A DNA stretch of 64,000 nt from a bacterium (GTDB lineage Bacteria; Moduliflexota; Moduliflexia; Moduliflexales; JAUQPW01), in contig JAUQPW010000005.1 of NCBI GenBank assembly GCA_030550175.1, positions 23,873-87,872 on the forward strand, in the 5' to 3' direction. This document shows, piece by piece, positions 1-8,968 of the stretch. A program made the position numbers and the translations under genes. Below the pieces are notes generated by a model, which saw nothing but the letters and a program-made list of their open reading frames with translations, ran no database searches and was not told the origin of the DNA. The first letter of the stretch is position 1. Every line of letters begins with the position of its first letter.

Positions 1-231
1 ACAGGAGACGGTCTTCAAGAGCTACTAAACGATACAAATTCTTTTTTACAAGAACCCTAATAGAATCCACAGCTTAACCTTAGGCTTTCTGTATCTCCTG
101 TTTACTCTGAGCCGAAGTACGATCCGTTTTGGCAGCGAGGAATTGACAGGGAAGGTCAACCTTCAACCTCGTTCAGAGCAAAATGGCAGGATGCTCAAAG
201 TCGGATGATGGGAGAAGATCCCCGAATATGT

Positions 232-283
232 TTTAAAATACTTGCAGAAAGGGGAAATTTAAAATACTTGCAGAAGGGGGAAA
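232..283. repeat. 26-bp tandem duplication upstream of prs
   Basis: TTTAAAATACTTGCAGAAAGGGGAAA (232-257) is followed directly by TTTAAAATACTTGCAGAAGGGGGAAA (258-283), 25/26 identical. Confidence 0.9.
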
Positions 284-524
284 AAGGTTGTATTTCTTAT
301 ACAGATAAACCTCTTGCCTCGAATCCGGGTAGAAAACCAGAAAAATTTCTTGAATTTTCTAGAGGAGTGTGGTATTTAACTAAACTGGACTCAGGAACCG
401 GAAGGGATCCAAAATTTTTTAATTTTATTGACTGATATCATAAAGTTCTGAATAGATCTACAAAGGTCAGTCAATTCATCTGAAAGTAAATAGCAACTGA
501 TCGGTGGCCCGTGGTAGAAGTGTG

Positions 525-557
525 AATGGCAAATGGCTAAATTGGTCATTTGCCATT
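525..557 (+). promoter_or_regulatory. Hairpin in the prs leader
   Basis: AATGGCAAATG (525-535) pairs with CATTTGCCATT (547-557), about 50 nt before the likely prs start. Function unknown. Confidence 0.4.
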
Positions 558-607
558 TCTTCTTTATTCCATTTATCATAGTCCACGTATCAGGGGCTAG
601 AAAAACA

Positions 608-1543
608 ATGACCGGAGAGTTAAAACTCTTTACTGGTAACTCAAATCGTGCTTTAGCTGAAGAAATCAGTAAATATTTAGGAGTTCCTCTGGGAAAAGCA
701 ACCGTTACAAAATTTAGCGACGGGGAAACCTTTGTGCGTATTGAAGAGAATGTCCGAGGTTCAGAGGTTTTTGTCATCCAATCTATCTGTCATCCCAGTA
801 ATGATAACCTCATGGAGCTTCTCATCATGATGGATGCATTGTCCCGGGCATCTGCTCAGAGTATTACGGCAGTTCTTCCTTATTATGGCTATGGAAGGCA
901 GGATCGTAAGTCGATGCCGAGGGTCCCTATCTCCGCCAAATTGGTTGCCAACCTGATCACAACAGCCGGAGCAGATCGAGTTGTTACCATTGACTTGCAT
1001 GCCGGACAGATCCAGGGGTTTTTTGATATCCCGGTCGATAACCTCTTTGCAACGTCCGTCCTTTTAGACTATATTGTAAAAAAGAATTTGCCCGACCTGA
1101 TCATTGTCTCACCAGATGCTGGTGGAACTGAAAGAGCTCGGGTTTATGCCAAGAAGTTGAATTGTTCACTTGCCATCATTGATAAAAGAAGAAGTGAACC
1201 CAATGTTGCCCACGTTATGAACGTCATTGGAGATGTAAGAGGAAAAACTGCTATCATTGTCGATGACATGATCGACACTGCAGGAACTTTAGTAAAATCG
1301 GCGAAGGCCTTGCAAGAGCAGGGTGCCGTTAAAGTCTATGCAGCCTGTACACATCCGGTTTTGTCGGGTCCTGCCATAGAAAATATCGATAATTCCAACC
1401 TAGTGGAGGTGGTCGTTACTAATACCATTCCCTTGAACGGAAAATATAGCAGTAAAATCCGGGTGCTTTCCATTGCCGGATTATTAGCCGAGGCTATCGA
1501 CAGAATTTTTAAACGAACCTCGGTCAGTGAAATGTTTGAATAA
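608..1543 (+). CDS. prs: Ribose-phosphate pyrophosphokinase
   Basis: Motifs [46 protein letters not shown]. Start moved from 533 to ATG 608 ([13 protein letters not shown]), the typical N-terminus. Confidence 0.98.
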   Translation: MTGELKLFTGNSNRALAEEISKYLGVPLGKATVTKFSDGETFVRIEENVRGSEVFVIQSICHPSNDNLMELLIMMDALSRASAQSITAVLPYYGYGRQDRKSMPRVPISAKLVANLITTAGADRVVTIDLHAGQIQGFFDIPVDNLFATSVLLDYIVKKNLPDLIIVSPDAGGTERARVYAKKLNCSLAIIDKRRSEPNVAHVMNVIGDVRGKTAIIVDDMIDTAGTLVKSAKALQEQGAVKVYAACTHPVLSGPAIENIDNSNLVEVVVTNTIPLNGKYSSKIRVLSIAGLLAEAIDRIFKRTSVSEMFE

Positions 1544-1642
1544 TCCTTTGTGTGTTGTTCTTCGTCGATTGCTTCGGGTAATGACCTTTAGAGAAACCGA
1601 CCCGCAAAAGGCAAGGGACGAAGAATACCCAACGAATATTTT

Positions 1643-2305
1643 ATGGAAACCGTTGAACTGATAACCGAAGTCAGAACTCCCGGGGGAAAGGGAGTCGCTC
1701 GAAAACTCAGGAGAGCCGGACGTATACCCGGCATTGTTTATGGAGGATCGGATGGATCTGTGCCGATCAGTATCAATCCCAGAAGTCTAGCCAAAACCTT
1801 AGAAAAGGAAAATGTTCTGATCGATTTAACCATTCAGCAGGGAAACACCACTACAAAAAAAACGGCCATTGTAAAAGAAGTTCAAAGGGATCCGGTTACA
1901 CGGGCAGTATTACATGCGGACTTTTTTGAGATTTCTATGGATAAACCCATTGAAGTAGAAGTTCCCATTGAACTGGTTGGAAAGGCGAAAGGAGTCACGG
2001 AAAGTGGCGGTGTACTGGAGATTGCCATGAGGGCACTTACCATTGAATGTCTCCCTTCGGCAATCCCACCGCATATTGAAGTGGATATCTCGGACTTAAA
2101 CATTGGGGATTTTATAGCCGTGCGGGATGTTAAAGTTCCTCAAACGATTAAAATCGTCAGTGATCCGGAAAAAACCATTGTAACCGTTGTACCTCCGATG
2201 GCAGAAGAGATTGCTGAAAAAGTTGAAGCGGCACCCGGTGAGCCGGAGGTTATCGGAAAAGGTAAGGCTCCTGCTGAGGAAGAAGGTGAAGAAGCCAAAG
2301 CTTAA
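1643..2305 (+). CDS. rplY: 50S ribosomal protein L25 / general stress protein Ctc
   Basis: GKGVARKLRRAGRIPGIVYG, KEVQRDPV, LHADF, acidic C-tail; conserved prs-rplY-pth order. Confidence 0.97.
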   Translation: METVELITEVRTPGGKGVARKLRRAGRIPGIVYGGSDGSVPISINPRSLAKTLEKENVLIDLTIQQGNTTTKKTAIVKEVQRDPVTRAVLHADFFEISMDKPIEVEVPIELVGKAKGVTESGGVLEIAMRALTIECLPSAIPPHIEVDISDLNIGDFIAVRDVKVPQTIKIVSDPEKTIVTVVPPMAEEIAEKVEAAPGEPEVIGKGKAPAEEEGEEAKA

Positions 2306-2373
2306 CTCAATCAGCCATGAACAACGAACAAACTCCGGATTGTTCCTTTTCATGGCTAATTACGAATGGTTAA

Positions 2374-2952
2374 TTGAAAGCAGTACTAGGCCTGGGGAAT
2401 CCCGGTAGAACTTATGAGGCTACCCGGCATAATGTAGGTTTTCAGGTTATTCGGCAACTTGCGCAAGAATTAGGTATTCCTTTAGCGAAAAAGGGGTTTA
2501 AATCCCGTTTTGGCCGGGGGACTTTTAACCATATACCTGTTCTGCTGGTAGAACCACTCACTTATATGAATCTCAGTGGACAGGCCGTTAAGGAGCTGGT
2601 TGCTACGTTTAATTTAACTCCCTCCGATTTGATTGTGGTCCATGATGATATAGATTTGGAACTCGGCAGAATTCGGATCAAAAGGAGAGGTGGGGATGGA
2701 GGCCACAAGGGAATCCGATCTATTCGAGAGCATTTAGGAACCGATGAATTCTTGCGGGTTAAAGTAGGAGTCGGTCGGCCTGGGTCTTCTACGGAAGTAG
2801 CAGATTATGTTCTAAGCCCCTTTGATCCGCAAGAACAGGAACAGCTCAAAGAAGCCCTATCTAAAGCGGTGGGAGCGGTTAAACTCCTGATACTAGGTGA
2901 AGTGGACAAAGCGATGAATATCTATAATAAGTCCAAGGATTCCTCGCAATGA
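2374..2952 (+). CDS. pth: Peptidyl-tRNA hydrolase
   Basis: GLGNPG..YE.TRHNVGF, PLTYMNLSG, VHDDIDL, GHKGIRSI; TTG start. Confidence 0.98.
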   Translation: MKAVLGLGNPGRTYEATRHNVGFQVIRQLAQELGIPLAKKGFKSRFGRGTFNHIPVLLVEPLTYMNLSGQAVKELVATFNLTPSDLIVVHDDIDLELGRIRIKRRGGDGGHKGIRSIREHLGTDEFLRVKVGVGRPGSSTEVADYVLSPFDPQEQEQLKEALSKAVGAVKLLILGEVDKAMNIYNKSKDSSQ

Positions 2953-3020
2953 AAACTTCACGTCTGACTGGAAGAGGTATTAGAGAATACTTTGGAATAT
3001 CCCTGTTAGGGGAACCAATC

Positions 3021-3059
3021 AAAAACCAAGGGCGATCTGGATGATCGCCCTTGGTTTTT
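3021..3059. terminator. Bidirectional intrinsic terminator
   Basis: Perfect 17-bp stem AAAAACCAAGGGCGATC / GATCGCCCTTGGTTTTT with a 5-nt loop and A/T tails on both sides, between convergent genes. Confidence 0.9.
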
Positions 3060-3066
3060 AGTTTTC

Positions 3067-4269
3067 TTATTTCTTTCCGCCTTTATCAAAATCGGCCGGA
3101 AGTTTTACAACGGTAACGGGATCTTGATTGGTATTGGGAGCCAGTGCAGAGAGTTCGGGAATAACCAGGAGGTAGCTTCCATCGGCCATTTTACGAACTG
3201 CAATATCCGCCGGTCCGGCTAGTGTTTTGTCCGGCTGATCATAGGTCAACATCATCGGTTTTCCATCCGGCAGGAGGGTTACAATAACCGAGTTGGTATT
3301 TACAATCTCTGTATCCAGCCGGGCATTACCGGCGAAATCCAAACCATCCAGGGCTCCTAAACCGGTAACGAAGGGTGCCGGAAGCTTACCACTCTTGAAA
3401 TCTTCCACGGAGAGTTTGTACATACCTCCCTGGGCGGGATCTTTCATACCGGCAGCCACACCAACGGTATTGGTATGAATGCTCCCATCCGGGGCTACTT
3501 CCACACCATCCGGTCCACCCTCGGGCATGGCAATAAAGCTAACGGAAGCTTCTTTTCCATCCGCCAGATCATCCAGGGCCCCATGGGGAATCATATAAAC
3601 CCCTCCATTGGTTTTCACAGGAGGATCAAAGCTGGCACCGCCAATCCCGGTGTCTGCAACATATAAGTTACCATCTTTATCAAAGCCGGCTGCATTGGGA
3701 AGGGTAGCCGGAGATCCTCCATTGACCTTGGCAAAAACAGAGTCCATGCCCATTTTAATTTCGCCCAGGACTTTCCCCTCGGTATCAAACGCAACCAGTT
3801 TAGGATCCATGCGTTTGGCATCTTTAATTTCGGTCCCGTTGGCTTCGGCTATGGGAGCAGCTCCAGCACACAAAAAGATGGTACCTTTGGGGAATTTCTT
3901 GGTGGCCACAGGAAGGACCGCCATTCCCAAGGGGGCCGTCAGACCCGTGATCAGTTTATCCTTTACCATCTTTAAGGTTCCATCGGGTTGAACTTCTAGC
4001 TTACTAATGTAACCGGCCTTTTCAGTCCAGTGAAATCCTTTTTCCTTCATCCCCAACTCAGCCGCGTTAGAGACAAATACAAACTTTCCATCGGCACTAA
4101 AAATAGCCCCTTCAGGATTGTCGAAGGCCTTTAATGTCTGGATAACCTGTCCTTTAACAGGGTAAGGTGGAGGAGGAGCCGGTTTTTCCTTTTCTTCGGC
4201 CAAAGAAACAGACGTAACTAAAAGACTAACTAAAACAAGGGAGAGAATCGATTTAACGCGTACATCCAT
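3067..4269 (-). CDS. Exported SMP-30/gluconolactonase/NHL-like beta-propeller protein
   Basis: Signal peptide (SILSLVLVSLLVTSVSLA), Pro-rich linker, blade motifs NPEG, PLGM, PNAAGFDKDGNLYVADTG, PDGVEV, GPADI. AGGAGG lies 7 nt before ATG 4269. Confidence 0.7.
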   Translation of the reverse strand: MDVRVKSILSLVLVSLLVTSVSLAEEKEKPAPPPPYPVKGQVIQTLKAFDNPEGAIFSADGKFVFVSNAAELGMKEKGFHWTEKAGYISKLEVQPDGTLKMVKDKLITGLTAPLGMAVLPVATKKFPKGTIFLCAGAAPIAEANGTEIKDAKRMDPKLVAFDTEGKVLGEIKMGMDSVFAKVNGGSPATLPNAAGFDKDGNLYVADTGIGGASFDPPVKTNGGVYMIPHGALDDLADGKEASVSFIAMPEGGPDGVEVAPDGSIHTNTVGVAAGMKDPAQGGMYKLSVEDFKSGKLPAPFVTGLGALDGLDFAGNARLDTEIVNTNSVIVTLLPDGKPMMLTYDQPDKTLAGPADIAVRKMADGSYLLVIPELSALAPNTNQDPVTVVKLPADFDKGGKK

Positions 4270-4744
4270 AATCATACCTCCTTTTTGGTTAATAATTGGT
4301 TAGGCTTTTGAATCTGTCAACCCCTGTTCGAGCACCTCGAATAGGAGTGGACAAGCCCGGCTTGTAAGAATCCACATCTTCTATAGAGGCTATGTCTGAC
4401 CAGCAATTCTATATTGGGTGCTGATTTTCGTTTTGTCAATAAGAATTTGGTCACTTTTGTGAACTCTAGATTTATCCTGTAATTAGACAGGGACTTCTTG
4501 CCTAAATTGATCTACTTAGATGATCATAGAGAGATTATAATCGACTATGGTCCGAAAATCCCACTTTATCCAGAAAAGACCATACTTCTTTAAGTAAATC
4601 TGTTATCCGAATATTTATAACCCTTTAATATTAAAGAGCTTACAACTTTGCCCCTCGGCTGGTATACTTATTGCCTCTATAGGAATCAGTAACTCTCAAT
4701 GGAGATTATCCATGGATAAGCCCCGGTTTCAAGGAGGATAAGAT

Positions 4745-4987
4745 ATGGAGAACTTTCTGGATAAAATCAAGAGGGAAATCGAAGCCCTGCAAAGGGATCT
4801 GATGAAATTCAAGAGGGAAGTGAAGAAGCAGGAAGCGATTACAAAAAAAATACGAAACTCAAAACACCTAAGACCGACCGAAAAGCTACAAACTCCACGA
4901 TCACCGGAAATATGTTCCAGAGGACAGGGACAAAAACTACAGGGACCCATAACCGAAAGCGACCAATCCTTGAAGAGAGAAGAGTAA
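4745..4987 (+). CDS. Small hypothetical protein with N-terminal coiled coil
   Basis: AGGAGG RBS; heptad pattern LDKIKREIEALQRDLMKFKREVKKQE. No family recognised. Confidence 0.55.
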   Translation: MENFLDKIKREIEALQRDLMKFKREVKKQEAITKKIRNSKHLRPTEKLQTPRSPEICSRGQGQKLQGPITESDQSLKREE

Positions 4988-5149
4988 GTTTTCTTTCGCC
5001 TTAACAGAAATATTTTTATTGACAAGGTGCCTTTTAGGGAGATTAAAATAAATAAAAAAGAGGATAGGTTTTCCTGACTCCCTTATTCTTTTAAAGCTTA
5101 CATCAAAGTCCTGTTTGCCAACTTTAATAAAAAGAAAAGGAGGTAAACA

Positions 5150-5386
5150 ATGAAAACTGCCAAGTCCAAGAAACCAGATGCCCAGATAGATGTCTCCCCT
5201 ATAACCCCAGAGAAAAAGAATGAAAACGGACGGAAGACCATTACCTGCCGATATTGTAAAACAGATACCTTGATAAAAGCAAAGCCACGAAATTTTATAG
5301 ATACCTATATCTTTCCAATTATACGAATTAGTCCCTATCGCTGTTCTAATTGTAAGAGACGGGATTATTATTTCGAGCGGGCCTGA
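5150..5386 (+). CDS. Small zinc-ribbon-like protein
   Basis: AGGAGG RBS; two CxxC pairs (CRYC, CSNC); basic. Confidence 0.65.
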   Translation: MKTAKSKKPDAQIDVSPITPEKKNENGRKTITCRYCKTDTLIKAKPRNFIDTYIFPIIRISPYRCSNCKRRDYYFERA

Positions 5387-5403
5387 TTTCTTTTACCGAT
5401 AGA

Positions 5404-6576
5404 ATGATGCAAAGCCGTTTTCAGGAGTTTAAAGAAAGAGTTCTGTCCCAGAATCCAGAAGTTAACCTAGATCTCATAGAAAAAGCCTATCATTTTGTCG
5501 AGGAAAATCATAGAGGACAACACCGGGGTGAAGGGAGTGATTACGCGATTCATCCCATACGGGTAGCCTGTATCCTCTTAGAGGAGTTGAAAATAACAGA
5601 TTCAAACGTGCTCTGTGCAGCTTTACTCCACGATGTTTTAGAAGATTGTCAGGTCGATTACGCAGTTTTGGTAGAAACTTTTGGAGAACCCATTGCGGAT
5701 AGGGTGAAAATGTTAACAAAAGAAGATATCAACCGATACTCCTCCAAAGAGGAGAGAGATCGGGTCTACCTGGAAAGGATCCGGCAAGTCCCTCGAGAAA
5801 TCCAGCTCATTAAATTATCAGATCGACTGGACCATATTCGGTATTTGCATCTCTCACCTTCCCAGGAAAGGCAATTGAGATATTACCGTGAAACGTGCGA
5901 AAAGTACCTCCCTTTAGCTAAAGAAGTATCTCCTTACCTTTATGATCAGATGACGACCTGGGCGAATGGGTTCTGGAAACACCGGGCCAATACAGTCAGT
6001 TTCTGGGAAAATTTATATCAACAAAGAGAAGCTCTTTGGGATCTTGGACAGGTCGCCCCACCTTTTGCATCTTTTTTAGAATCTCCTGCTGCACCTCCCC
6101 CAGGCTCTCTGGCCGTATTGGGTTGTGGACGTGGACATGATGCAGTTTTTTTTGCTCAAAAGGGCTTCCAGGTCGTTGGGTTTGATTTTGCTCCGTCGGC
6201 AATTCAGGGGGCTGCGGAAGTAGCAAAAAAAGCCGGAGTACCCCTCAAACTGGTCCAACAGGATCTGTTTGAGTTAATTCCAAAGTATGCGCATCAATTT
6301 GATTATGTCTTAGAACATACCTGCTTTTGTGCCATTGATCCGGCCCGACGAGGAGAATATGTTCAAATTGTAAGAAATCTTTTGCGACCCGGTGGACAGT
6401 TTATTGCTCTCTTTTATACCCATGGGCAGCCGGGAGGTCCCCCTTATACCACCGATTCCGAGGAAATCCGCGCCTTGTTTTCCCCGTTTTTTGAAATTAA
6501 AACCCTGGAAGTCCCGTCTAATTCTGTTGAAAGGCGTCTGGGTAAGGAGCTTTTTAGCCTCATGGAGGTTCGTTAG
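5404..6576 (+). CDS. RelA/SpoT/Mesh1-like HD domain fused to a thiopurine/thiol S-methyltransferase (TPMT-like) domain
   Basis: N-half: HRGQHR..YAIHPIRVA, LLHDVLED, IKLSDRLDHIR. C-half: FWENLY..WDLG..P, VLGCGRGHDA, GFDF, DYVLEHTCFCAIDP..R.EY. Confidence 0.8.
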   Translation: MMQSRFQEFKERVLSQNPEVNLDLIEKAYHFVEENHRGQHRGEGSDYAIHPIRVACILLEELKITDSNVLCAALLHDVLEDCQVDYAVLVETFGEPIADRVKMLTKEDINRYSSKEERDRVYLERIRQVPREIQLIKLSDRLDHIRYLHLSPSQERQLRYYRETCEKYLPLAKEVSPYLYDQMTTWANGFWKHRANTVSFWENLYQQREALWDLGQVAPPFASFLESPAAPPPGSLAVLGCGRGHDAVFFAQKGFQVVGFDFAPSAIQGAAEVAKKAGVPLKLVQQDLFELIPKYAHQFDYVLEHTCFCAIDPARRGEYVQIVRNLLRPGGQFIALFYTHGQPGGPPYTTDSEEIRALFSPFFEIKTLEVPSNSVERRLGKELFSLMEVR

Positions 6577-6678
6577 AGAGTATAAGAGGGTGGGGGTATG
6601 AAAGTAGGGGGCGTGGGAGTGTGGAAGTGAGGAGGTGTGGGGGTATGGGAGTGTGGAGGTATGGGAGTGGGGGAGTAT
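6576..6678 (+). repeat. Degenerate G-rich octamer tandem array (about 13 units, consensus GGRRGTRT)
   Basis: Units such as GGGGGTAT, GGGAGTGT and GGAGGTAT run from the upstream TAG to the tupB ATG. Confidence 0.85.
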
Positions 6679-7375
6679 GGATTTAATTTGGGAAGGAATT
6701 CGAAAAGCCTTTGAGCTTTTAATACACCGGGACCGGGAGGTATTGGAGATTACGCTGCTTTCCCTTCGGGTCTCCGGATTGGCAACGATAGGTAGTTTGT
6801 TTCTGGGGGTTTCTATAGGGACTTTTCTGGCTTTAAGTCGCTTCCCCGGTCGCCGCTTATGGATTACCCTGATTAATACCGGAATGGGTCTACCCCCTGT
6901 TGTGGTGGGGTTGTTTGTTACGATTTTACTTTGGCGAAACGGACCTTTAGGATTCTTTCACCTGCTCTATACTCCCACGGCGATGGTGATAGCCCAGACT
7001 ATCCTTGCAACGCCTATTATGGCCGGATTAACCATAGCAGCCATCCAACATCTTAACCCCAAACTCCGTTTACAAATCCTGGCCCTTGGGGCCTCCCGCT
7101 GCCAGATGGTCTGGCTTCTCTTAAAGGAAGCCAGGCTCCCCTTACTGGCAGCTATTATGGCCAGTTTTGGAGGGGTTATTTCAGAGGTCGGGGCTTCGAT
7201 GATGGTAGGAGGGAATATCAAGGGACAAACCCGGGTGCTGACAACGGCTACGGTGTTGGAAACCAGTCGAGGTGAATTCGGTATGGCTATTGCCTTAAGT
7301 ATTCTGCTTTTTCTTTTAACCTTTAGTGTAAACCTGACCCTGACACTCCTTCAACAGCGAGAGCGACCTAAATAA
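6677..7375 (+). CDS. tupB: Tungstate/molybdate ABC transporter permease (TupB-like)
   Basis: NTGMGLPPVVVGL, LLYTPTAMVIAQ, EVGASMMVGGNI.GQTRVLTTA. Start moved to ATG 6677 because the upstream GTG lies inside the repeat array. Confidence 0.88.
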   Translation: MDLIWEGIRKAFELLIHRDREVLEITLLSLRVSGLATIGSLFLGVSIGTFLALSRFPGRRLWITLINTGMGLPPVVVGLFVTILLWRNGPLGFFHLLYTPTAMVIAQTILATPIMAGLTIAAIQHLNPKLRLQILALGASRCQMVWLLLKEARLPLLAAIMASFGGVISEVGASMMVGGNIKGQTRVLTTATVLETSRGEFGMAIALSILLFLLTFSVNLTLTLLQQRERPK

Positions 7376-7388
7376 GCCCTTAAGCGTT

Positions 7389-7436
7389 AGAAGCCAGGAG
7401 TTCCCAGGACTCCAGGCTTCTGACTCCGGAACTCCT
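7389..7436. repeat. Inverted heptamer-repeat hairpin between tupB and tupC
   Basis: AGAAGCCAGGAGT pairs with ACTCCAGGCTTCT; further GACTCC/GAACTCC units extend up to the GTG start. Confidence 0.7.
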
Positions 7437-7438
7437 CC

Positions 7439-8590
7439 GTGAAAGAAGTTATTCTAGAAGTCAGAAATCTACAAGTTCTGGGTGATAAGCAAACGATTCT
7501 GGATGTTCCCAAACTCCAGGTAGAGATGGGAGAAACCCTGGCTTTTCTCGGGCCTAATGGAGCCGGGAAAACGACTCTGCTTCAGGTTCTGGCCTTCCTC
7601 CAATCTCCCCATGAAGGAACCGTCTTCTTTAAAGGTCTGCCGGTTGATTATAAAAAGAATCTTCTCCCATTACGACGATCTCTGGCAGTCGTTTTTCAAG
7701 AGCCACTTTTATTCGATACCACCGTCTTCGAAAATGTCGCTTCCGGCTTGAAACTAAGGAGAGCCTCCCGGCAGGAGATCTACGAAAAGGTTTTTATATG
7801 GCTGGAACGATTGGGAATCTCCCATTTAGCGAATCGCTCGGCTAGAACCCTGTCAGGCGGCGAAGCCCAACGAACCAGCCTGGCGCGCGCCTTTGTCCTA
7901 AATCCCCAAATCCTCTTCCTGGATGAACCCTTTGCAGCTTTAGATTCTCCTTCCCGTGAAGCTCTTATCGAAGATATCGAACACATCCTCCGCGAAACCC
8001 ATACCACCACGATCCTGGTAACCCATGATCGCTCCGAAGTCCTCAGACTGGCAGATCGGGTTGCAATCATGGACCGCGGGAAAATCCTCCAGATGGGTAG
8101 AACCGATGAGGTCTTCAATCATCCCATCAATGAAACCGTAGCTGCTTTCGTAGGTATCGAAACGGTTCTACCCGGCAAAGTCGTAGAGGGAAGAGAAGGA
8201 ACTTTTCTGGTGAAGATTTCAGAAGGCCACACCATTGAAACTATCGGCAACCTTCGGGTCGGGGGAGATGTTCTGGTCTGTTTGAGGCCTGAACAGGTTA
8301 CGCTGGAGACCCTGGAAAGAGACCCGGGAACCTGCAGATCCGAAGGTAGGGAGAAGAAAGATTCTATACTTCTTCGGCCAGAAAAAATCACTTCCAGCGC
8401 CAGAAACCGGATAAAAGGGCGTATCCTGAGGGTAGTACCCCAAGGCTTGTATTATAAAGTAATTTTGGATTGTGGATTTCCGTTAACCTCGTTTGTGACC
8501 AAACATTCCGTGGAAGCACTAAACTTGAAGGAAGGACGGTCTATCCTGGCTACTTTTAAAGCGACGGCAGTCCACATTATCCCGAAATAA
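7439..8590 (+). CDS. tupC: Tungstate/molybdate ABC ATPase with C-terminal TOBE domains (TupC-like)
   Basis: Walker A GPNGAGKT, signature LSGGEAQR, Walker B LFLDEPF, H-loop VTHD, TOBE region SSARN..F.ATAVH. Confidence 0.88.
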   Translation: MKEVILEVRNLQVLGDKQTILDVPKLQVEMGETLAFLGPNGAGKTTLLQVLAFLQSPHEGTVFFKGLPVDYKKNLLPLRRSLAVVFQEPLLFDTTVFENVASGLKLRRASRQEIYEKVFIWLERLGISHLANRSARTLSGGEAQRTSLARAFVLNPQILFLDEPFAALDSPSREALIEDIEHILRETHTTTILVTHDRSEVLRLADRVAIMDRGKILQMGRTDEVFNHPINETVAAFVGIETVLPGKVVEGREGTFLVKISEGHTIETIGNLRVGGDVLVCLRPEQVTLETLERDPGTCRSEGREKKDSILLRPEKITSSARNRIKGRILRVVPQGLYYKVILDCGFPLTSFVTKHSVEALNLKEGRSILATFKATAVHIIPK

Positions 8591-8637
8591 CACCATTTCT
8601 ACGTTAAAACATCGCCTGCCTCACCCCCCCTTTCCCA

Positions 8638-8799
8638 TAGGTGCCAGGATAAGAAAGTTAGCCCCAGCAGGGCAACCCGTTTAACAGGCCGCTCCTCCGG
8701 AGCCTGAAGAAAATTCTGAATGACTGACTCCCCCAACTTGCATGGGGGGCTACCAACTGTTCGCCCCTGACAGGGCTTTTCAGCTTAACCTGGCGCCTA
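8638..8799 (+). mobile_element. MITE family A, copy 1 (158 bp plus TA flanks)
   Basis: TA|GGTGCCAGGATAAG ... CTTAACCTGGCGCC|TA; interior homologous to copies at 16720, 36614 and 62560. Confidence 0.85.
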
Positions 8800-8809
8800 T
8801 GCTCCCCTT

Positions 8810-8837
8810 CCCCTCTCCTGAAGCTTCTGGAGAGGGG
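8810..8837. repeat. CCCCTCTCC/GGAGAGGGG palindromic repeat (AAGCTT loop)
   Basis: 9-bp perfect stem; same family as hairpins at 16679, 16894, 24761, 27511, 36778 and 57059. Confidence 0.8.
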
Positions 8838-8968
8838 AGATGAGGGGGTGAGGCGGGGAACAAGGGGGTGAGGGAAGAATGGGAATCCAGGCCATTCCTG
8901 AGTCCCCCCTTCTTCCCAACTCGGGAAAGGGGTTAGGTTAGAAAAAACCTGCCCCCCTGCTATACGAT

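Noticed and set aside
1-607. tRNA-Gln often found upstream of prs
   Set aside because: I could find no cloverleaf or T-loop (GTTCRA) signature.
205-777. ORFs 205-435 (+) and 391-777 (-)
   Set aside because: They overlap the AT-rich promoter/duplication region or are antisense to prs, and show no protein-like features.
4450-4725. Replication origin (several TTATCC in AT-rich DNA)
   Set aside because: None is a full TTATCCACA DnaA box, and there is no dnaA/dnaN context.
8290-8400. About 20-aa insertion in TupC before SSARN
   Set aside because: It lies in a variable TOBE linker loop, with no evidence of special function.
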